A stretch of DNA of 64,000 nucleotides from an uncultured delta proteobacterium (GTDB lineage Bacteria > Myxococcota > UBA727 > VGSZ01). This document shows positions 57,543 through 64,000 of this stretch, one piece after another. The DNA lies in assembly GCA_963775425.1 (NCBI GenBank), contig CAVZJB010000007.1, positions 160,001 to 224,000 of the forward strand. Reading direction: 5' to 3'. Each line of letters opens with the position of its first letter. Position 1 is the stretch's first letter. The position numbers and the translations under genes are program-made. The notes beneath the pieces are model-generated. The model was not told the origin of the DNA and ran no database searches. It was given only the letters and a program-made list of their open reading frames with translations.

Positions 57543-60500
57543 TCACGGGCAGGTGACGTTGGTGGAGATGTCGTACGTGTTTTCGGCCTGGCCGAAGCCG
57601 AACACCTTCACCTGGAAGGTGCCGCCGGCCGTACCGATGGCCTTGTTGATGATCTCGTCGTTGGTGGTGCCCGTCGACGAAGCGATCGCCGTCGTCCCGG
57701 TGTCGTCGTCGTTGTTCTCGTTGAACAAGAGCATGTCGACGTCGCCCTCCGCGTGGACGAAGTGGATGTGCGCGTGCACCGTGCAGCCGCTCGCGTTCGC
57801 CGGCGCGGTGATCTGGTAACGGTCGGGGTCGTTCCGGCAGACGATGGCGTTGAGCCCGGCGCCGCTGTTCATCGGCGTCGCCGTCGCCTTCGAGTCGTTC
57901 TCTTCGTAGATGTCGTCCTGCGGACAACGCAAGCGCGTCGGCCCCGGGTTGACGAAGTCCTGCGGCAGGTCGGGCTCGACGCCGAAGTAATACTTGTCGA
58001 TGTCGTCCTTGAAGACCTGGGCGGTGGTCACGCCGTAGGCGAGGACGTCGCCGTCGATGCTCACGCCGTCGTCGGCGTCCGCCGACTTGCTCAACACACG
58101 CACGCTGAGATCGGCCAGGTCGCCGACGGCGACGCGCTGGGTCTGGGAGCGCGTGTCGATCCATGCGACGCGGTCGCCGGAGAGCGACAGGTGCTCCTGG
58201 ACGGACACACCGGACGGTTGGAAGAACCGGCGGGTGACGTTGTCCGACGTCGTCGCCAGCTTGTGATCCGCGCCCGCCTCGATCACCTCGACGTCGCTGC
58301 TCGCGAACGCCACGCGCTCCCCGTCGAGCGCCGCGCCGCCCGCCGAAGCGACGAGCTGGGTGACGGTGGCGCCGCTGGCGCAGGGATCGGCGCCGCTCAC
58401 CTCGCGCACGAACAGGCTCTCGGTGGTGCTGTTGCAGGCCACGTCGGGGCACGTCTGGAACAGCGCGCGGTTCTTGGACAACACGAGGTTCTGGTAGTTC
58501 GGCCCCGGCGACGCCCCGGCGACCTCGAGCTCCGGATCGTCGGCGGTGCCGAGCGTGCCGTCGGCGCCGACGCAACGAAGCACGGGCACCACGGTGGAGA
58601 GGCTCGGCTGCACGCCGGCCCACAGGACCGCGTTTTCGTCGACGTCGAACGACGGCCCGCCGTTCGCCGTCGAGCTGTTGTTGTTCATCTCGAGCAGGTG
58701 TGTGCCGGTGACCGTGCGCTCGACGTCGTCGGCGGTGCCGAAGATCTCGTCGACGGCGCGGTCGCGCACGAAGAGCGTCGTGGTGCCGCCGCCGAAGACG
58801 GCCCCTTGCGCATAGGCCCACCACCGGTCGAACGCCTCCACCTCGAAGCTGGCCGTCCGCGGCACGCGCATGGTCCGTGTGGCCAGGTCGTAGAAGCCGA
58901 TGCCGCCGAAGGCCACGCCGAAGCGGTCCGTGTCGAGGTTGTTGGTGTTCAAGCCCTCGCTCCGCGGCCACAGCGGGCGGTCGGAGCCGAGCTCGAGGAC
59001 CGAGACGTCGGGGGTCGGCGACAGCACCTCGGAGACGATGGTGTTTTGGTAGACCTCGCCGTAGTTGCCGAAGATCTGGCTGTCGAAGACCACGTTGTCC
59101 GCCTTCCGGGTGAGGCAGCCGTCCGGCCCGCCGGTGGCGACCTCGATGCGCGGAGGCGCGAAGCCGTCCGACGACAGCGCCACGTTGTCCCACAGCGAGA
59201 AGTAGCGCTCACCTCCCGGCGTGAGCGCGTCGGCCACCATCACCTGCACCGGCACGTCCGAGGCGACGAACTTGCCGTCAGGCTCCGTGGCGATCACCTG
59301 TACGCCCTTGTTCGGGCCCGCCCTGCCCGCGTACGCGACCACGTTGCGGCAGGCGGCGCGCCCCGTGGTGCCCGGCGTGAACAGCTCGATGCGCATGGCG
59401 TCGATGTCCACGGCCTGGGTGAGCGTGACCGGCGCGAGGTCGTCGCCGGTCCCGAAGCGGTGATCGGGCCCCGCGTTCACCACCACGAGCTCGAACGGCG
59501 TGGTGGAGGGACACGCGGAACGATTGGAGCTGTTGCACAGGAGGAACGCGAGGTTGTCGCCGCTCACCGCCGGGAACAGGCGGTGCTGGCCCGCCGCGCC
59601 GATCTTGGCGAACGTGTCGTCGAGGTCGCCGAACACGCCGTCGCCGCCGTCCTGGCGAACGATGACGTCGGTCTCGCTGCTGGACGTCGCCTGCTTCCAC
59701 GCGAGCGAGTCCCTCCAGAACGACGGCTGCGACTGCTCCTTGGTCTCGTCGACGACCGTGCCCGCGCCGTCGCTGGACACGACGACCGGGCCCGTGTTGT
59801 CACCGGTGCTCGCGAACAGACCGTCGGCCCCGGCGGTGCGCATCAGGATCGCCCGCGCGCCGCTGTTCCTCTCGTAGAAAAGCATGTTCGGGCCCATCGC
59901 GAGCGAGCGCGCCGGGGGCCCGTCGTCGAAGCTCTCGATGGCGGCGGTGTCGGGGGCGAAGTCACCGTCGTCGCTCGTTCCCCAAAGCGCGTCGCCGCCC
60001 GCCTCGGCCACGTGCACGAGGCTCGTGGTGTCGTCGATGTAGGCGATCTTGTCGCCGAACGCGACGATGCCCGACTCCCTGGCGGCGTTGTTGGTGACCC
60101 GCTGCGACGTGACGTCCCGGGTGAACACCGTCGTCTCCAGCGAGACGTTGCCGGCCTTGTCCACGCTCCTGAGCGTGAACGTGTTGGTCTCGCCGGGGAC
60201 CGCCGGGATGCGGAAGCCCGCGATGTTGTCTCCCGAATGAATCGCGATGGTGGTCTGGTCGACGACGTCGCCGGTGTCACTCGTGAACGGGATGGGGCAC
60301 AGGGCGGTGGGCGCGTCGCAAACGGGGACGAAGCCGACGAACGCGCCGACCGCTCCACGGATCTCGAAGTGATCGAAGTTCGGATCGATCTGCGCCGGCG
60401 CGATGTTCGTCTCGCTGCGCGCGAGCATGACGTCCACGTACGGCCCGCGCGATCCTGAGGCCGTCACCGGCGGGCCCGCCGTCACCACCGCCGGCAACGG

Positions 60501-63500
60501 CTCGAGCTGCACGGGCCGCGGGTTGTGGGAGTCCTCGACGACGACGATCTGCGCCGCGCCCGACACGTTCCCCGCCTTGTCACGGCCGCGCACCGCGAAC
60601 GTGGTGGACTGATCCTGCGCGAGGTTGAAGGTGAAGACGCCGTTCCCGGGGTTCGCCGAGAACGCGCCGACGATGCAACCGCTCCCCGTGCAGCTCGCGG
60701 TCTCGTAGGTCTCGAAATTCGCGTCGAACGCCGTGGGCGAGCTCGGATCCAGGGAGAAGGTGAACGTGTCGGCGTTGACGAAGTGCGTGGTGCCGCCGCC
60801 GAGGATGATGGGCGCCTGTGGCGGCGTGGTGTCCTTGGTGATGGTCACCGCCACCTCGGGGCTCAGGTTGTCGGCGAGGTCGACGCCGCGCACGCGCACG
60901 ATGTTGGCGCCGTCGCCCGCGGACAGGGGCACCGAGAACGACAAGCCGGCGAACGGGGTGAACGACGACACGGTGCCGCCGACGAACTCGTGGTGATCGA
61001 AGTTGGTGTCCGACGAGCCCGACGTCAAAGACACCGTGAACGCCGCCTGGTTGGTGAACGTGTTCTGGGTGGCGAGGATGGGCGTGGTGGGCGCCACGGT
61101 GTCGACGGAGATGCTGTTGTCCACCGTGGCGCTCTTGTTGCCGGCGGCGTCGCTCACCACGGCCGCCACCGTGTGCGCGCCCTGACCCGGGGGCAACACG
61201 CAGGTGCTGACGTTCGCGAACGAGACGAAGGGCTTGCCCGTCGGATCGCCGTCGCAGCCGATCTGCATGAGGCTCGGGTTGTCACCGATGCACTGCAGTT
61301 GCACGGTGACGACGGAGCTGTTGGTGAAGCCGTTGGGCGTGCCGCTCGCGCCGACGAGATCGATCTGCGAGCTCACCGAGCACGGCGCCACGGTGTCATT
61401 CAAGAACGTAGCCGTGGTGAAGGCGCTCTGGTTGCCCAGCGCGTCGATGGCGGCCACGCGGAAGATGTGCCGCACGGCGGCGCCGTCGACGAGGTCTCCC
61501 TTCACGTCGATGGTGGTGGCGCCCTGCGTGACGGCCACCAGCGGCGCGCCGAAGCCGAGCGAGTCGGTGGTGAGCTCGAAGCGGTAGGTGAGCGCGCCGG
61601 TGCCGCCCTCGTTCGTCCACTTGAGCGGGATGGTGGACGCGAGCGTCTGGGACACCGGGTCCTGGGGCGGCACGATGGTCGGCGGCGTCGGCGGCGCGCG
61701 GTCCACCTGGAAGTTGCTGGTGGCCGAGGTGGTGCTGTTGCCGGCACCGTCCACGGCGCGCACGCGCCAGTGGTACACGCCGTCGCCGAGCGAGAAGGGC
61801 ACGTCGAACGCGCTGCCGTCGGGGCGGGGCAACGAGAACAGCGGCGACGTGAACGCCACGTCGGTGCCGAGCGCCACGTCGACGAACTGCGTGACGCCGG
61901 TGCCCGTGTCGGTGCCGGGGGTGAACGACAGCGTGGGGAAGGGATCGTTGATGCACGGCTGCGCCACCGTGCACGGCGGCGGCGTGGTCACGAGCGCGCT
62001 CCCGCTGTGGATGGCGACGGTGAGGCCCGTGGGCGCGCTGGGCGCGGTGGCGTCCGGCGTCACGCGCGGCGCGTCCGTGAACGTGACGACGCTGGTGCGC
62101 CCCGACGCCTTGCGCGCCACCACGATCCACTCGAGCGGCACCTCGGGCAGCGCCGCCGACGGCGTGAAGCTCAGCCCCGTGACGCCGGCCTGCGACAGCA
62201 CGGTGCTCTGGTCGCTCACCTTGCGCACGATGAGCGTGTAGCTGACGGCGCCGTTGACGGCGGCCCAGGAAAACGCAGGCTTGCGCGTGCTCACCAGGGC
62301 ACCGCTCTGCGGCGCCAGCGGCTGCGCGAGCGGCGGATCGGTGGGATCGACGAACACGGTGTCGGTGGTGGACGTCAACAGGCCCGACTGCGCCTTGAAG
62401 CAGCCGGTCACCGAGCGCGTGCCCTCGCCGTCGGCGACGGTGACGTCCTGCACGGAATTCGTAGACACGGCCAGCGGCACGAAGGACGCCGCCGGCACCG
62501 ACGCGCAGTCGAGCGGCGCCTGGCCGAACGCGAGCGCCGCGATGGACGGATCGTCGCTGCGGAACGTGGTGGACAAGACGCCGTTGCCGGCGGTGGAGAA
62601 GTTGCCGACGGCGCGGGCGATGGCGACGGTGCCGGTGGGGCCGACGAGGTCGAGGCTGATGTCGGTGCAGGTGCTGGCGGTGCGGCCGGCGGCGTCGGTG
62701 ACCTCCACGCACACCGTCTTCAGCTCCTCGGTGGTGGGCGCCGCGAGCGTGGTGGTGCGCTGGGTGGTGAACGGCTCCTGGGCGCCGGTGAAGGTGGCGG
62801 TGGTGTTGGCGATGCGCATGGAGACCACGCCGCCGAGCGGCGACGTGAGGTCGTCCGACGCGCCGACGGTGAGGCTGACGGTGGCGTTGGTGGTGAAGGC
62901 GTCCCCGTTGTTGACCGCGAGGGTGACGCTGGGCGCGGCGGCGTCGAACACGATGGTGTCGCTGACGGGCGCGGGGTTGCCGCCGGCGTCGGTGCTCACG
63001 TTGCCCGCGCTGTCCTTCAGGCACACCTGCGCCGTGTACAGGCCGGCGCCCGCGCTGCCCGTGCCGGGGATGGTGAGCGTGACGTCGGGCGGGCTCGGCA
63101 GCGCGACGTAGCCGGTGGCGGACGCGCAATCGAGCGGCGTCACCGTGCCCGGCCCCGACAGCGACGACTTGATCAGCGCCGTGTCCGCCGGCGCCGACAC
63201 CGTGGCGGTGAGCGCGCGCGTGGTGGTGAAGGTGGCGCCGCCGTTGAGCGTGACCGAGCCGGTGGGGAATTCCTCGTCGAGGACGGTGGTGGCCGTGGCG
63301 AGCGCGGTGTTGTCCGCGGCGTCCCGCGTGCACACCGACACCGTGCGCGCCTCGGGCCCGCCGCTCGTCGACGCGAACGTCACCTGCGACGGGAACGCGC
63401 TGCCGCTCGTGAACGTGACGCCGCCGCAGTCGGCGGGGAAGCCGCTCGCGGCCGTGGTGACGGCGAAGGCGGCGACGTCGCTCAAGGTGTACGCGTAGCT

Positions 63501-64000
63501 GACGTTGGCCACGGTGCTGTTGATGCGCGCGGCGCCACCCTCGATGCTGACCGTGCCCGTGGGCGAGGTCTTGTCGAGGATGATGGAGCGGCTCGTGACG
63601 CCGACGTTGCCGGCGGCGTCGGTGGCCTCGAGGAACACGAGCTTGTTCTCGTCGACGGCGGGGTTGGCGAGCTGCCACTGGAGGTTCGGCACCACGGGCT
63701 GCGGCAGGCCGCTGAAGGTGGCGGCCGTGTTCTGCACGCGGATGCCGGTGATGGGGGCGGTGGACGCGCCGCCGTCGATGGTGAGAGACACGTTCTCGCT
63801 GCGGGTGAACGCGGCGCTCGCGCCGATGGCCCCGTTGATGGCGAGGGCGGGCGCCGGCGCCGTGGTGTCGAGCGTGATGGGCAGCGACACCGGCGCGCTG
63901 TCGTTGCCGGCCTCGTCGGTGAAGACGACGTCGACGACGTAGTCGCCGTCGTCGGAGACGGCGCCGCCGCCGGCGTCGAGCACGCTGAGCGTGACCGTCT
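57543..64000 (-). CDS. Giant extracellular protein: tandem Ig-like domains, propeller-like region, C-terminal PPC-like domain; start lies beyond the right edge
   Basis: More than 2140 aa open to the window end; repeated D.AGN.S / D.T.P Ig-like motifs; C-terminal EENDS...ATP...DRY...DVDMLLF...NTY. Confidence 0.85.
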   Translation of the reverse strand, partial: TVTLSVLDAGGGAVSDDGDYVVDVVFTDEAGNDSAPVSLPITLDTTAPAPALAINGAIGASAAFTRSENVSLTIDGGASTAPITGIRVQNTAATFSGLPQPVVPNLQWQLANPAVDENKLVFLEATDAAGNVGVTSRSIILDKTSPTGTVSIEGGAARINSTVANVSYAYTLSDVAAFAVTTAASGFPADCGGVTFTSGSAFPSQVTFASTSGGPEARTVSVCTRDAADNTALATATTVLDEEFPTGSVTLNGGATFTTTRALTATVSAPADTALIKSSLSGPGTVTPLDCASATGYVALPSPPDVTLTIPGTGSAGAGLYTAQVCLKDSAGNVSTDAGGNPAPVSDTIVFDAAAPSVTLAVNNGDAFTTNATVSLTVGASDDLTSPLGGVVSMRIANTTATFTGAQEPFTTQRTTTLAAPTTEELKTVCVEVTDAAGRTASTCTDISLDLVGPTGTVAIARAVGNFSTAGNGVLSTTFRSDDPSIAALAFGQAPLDCASVPAASFVPLAVSTNSVQDVTVADGEGTRSVTGCFKAQSGLLTSTTDTVFVDPTDPPLAQPLAPQSGALVSTRKPAFSWAAVNGAVSYTLIVRKVSDQSTVLSQAGVTGLSFTPSAALPEVPLEWIVVARKASGRTSVVTFTDAPRVTPDATAPSAPTGLTVAIHSGSALVTTPPPCTVAQPCINDPFPTLSFTPGTDTGTGVTQFVDVALGTDVAFTSPLFSLPRPDGSAFDVPFSLGDGVYHWRVRAVDGAGNSTTSATSNFQVDRAPPTPPTIVPPQDPVSQTLASTIPLKWTNEGGTGALTYRFELTTDSLGFGAPLVAVTQGATTIDVKGDLVDGAAVRHIFRVAAIDALGNQSAFTTATFLNDTVAPCSVSSQIDLVGASGTPNGFTNSSVVTVQLQCIGDNPSLMQIGCDGDPTGKPFVSFANVSTCVLPPGQGAHTVAAVVSDAAGNKSATVDNSISVDTVAPTTPILATQNTFTNQAAFTVSLTSGSSDTNFDHHEFVGGTVSSFTPFAGLSFSVPLSAGDGANIVRVRGVDLADNLSPEVAVTITKDTTPPQAPIILGGGTTHFVNADTFTFSLDPSSPTAFDANFETYETASCTGSGCIVGAFSANPGNGVFTFNLAQDQSTTFAVRGRDKAGNVSGAAQIVVVEDSHNPRPVQLEPLPAVVTAGPPVTASGSRGPYVDVMLARSETNIAPAQIDPNFDHFEIRGAVGAFVGFVPVCDAPTALCPIPFTSDTGDVVDQTTIAIHSGDNIAGFRIPAVPGETNTFTLRSVDKAGNVSLETTVFTRDVTSQRVTNNAARESGIVAFGDKIAYIDDTTSLVHVAEAGGDALWGTSDDGDFAPDTAAIESFDDGPPARSLAMGPNMLFYERNSGARAILMRTAGADGLFASTGDNTGPVVVSSDGAGTVVDETKEQSQPSFWRDSLAWKQATSSSETDVIVRQDGGDGVFGDLDDTFAKIGAAGQHRLFPAVSGDNLAFLLCNSSNRSACPSTTPFELVVVNAGPDHRFGTGDDLAPVTLTQAVDIDAMRIELFTPGTTGRAACRNVVAYAGRAGPNKGVQVIATEPDGKFVASDVPVQVMVADALTPGGERYFSLWDNVALSSDGFAPPRIEVATGGPDGCLTRKADNVVFDSQIFGNYGEVYQNTIVSEVLSPTPDVSVLELGSDRPLWPRSEGLNTNNLDTDRFGVAFGGIGFYDLATRTMRVPRTASFEVEAFDRWWAYAQGAVFGGGTTTLFVRDRAVDEIFGTADDVERTVTGTHLLEMNNNSSTANGGPSFDVDENAVLWAGVQPSLSTVVPVLRCVGADGTLGTADDPELEVAGASPGPNYQNLVLSKNRALFQTCPDVACNSTTESLFVREVSGADPCASGATVTQLVASAGGAALDGERVAFASSDVEVIEAGADHKLATTSDNVTRRFFQPSGVSVQEHLSLSGDRVAWIDTRSQTQRVAVGDLADLSVRVLSKSADADDGVSIDGDVLAYGVTTAQVFKDDIDKYYFGVEPDLPQDFVNPGPTRLRCPQDDIYEENDSKATATPMNSGAGLNAIVCRNDPDRYQITAPANASGCTVHAHIHFVHAEGDVDMLLFNENNDDDTGTTAIASSTGTTNDEIINKAIGTAGGTFQVKVFGFGQAENTYDISTNVTCP

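Overview
Very GC-rich bacterial chromosomal segment. The gene content (several Hanks-type Ser/Thr kinases, PEGA/TPR proteins, Myxococcus-type Cys-rich repeats, PilZ and MshEN proteins, a giant surface protein) points to a myxobacterium-like (Myxococcota/Deltaproteobacteria) genome. About 45 real CDSs can be picked out of the mostly spurious high-GC ORF track. Housekeeping genes include a MepM-like M23 peptidase, dedA, msrB, murJ, fbaB, a GH57 branching enzyme and glmS; glmS is split by a one-base frameshift. I saw no rRNA, tRNA, CRISPR array or transposase. The best candidate for an undescribed system is at 30.0-38.4 kb. Two lipoprotein hydrolases (an endolysin-like zinc peptidase and an EEP-fold nuclease/phosphatase) flank a core of (GE)n lipoprotein, membrane Ser/Thr kinase, PEGA-like protein and P-loop/winged-helix regulator. 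Both hydrolase promoters carry the same 10-bp-phased GACACC direct repeats. The (GE)n lipoprotein and the peptidase share a 54-aa six-cysteine module. Other observations: many genes look leaderless (TAnnnT 6-7 nt before the start codon), there is a GTAG-type REP family with compensatory stem changes, and there is an HTTM gene pair next to acidic surface proteins. All family assignments come from motif recognition by eye, not from database searches.
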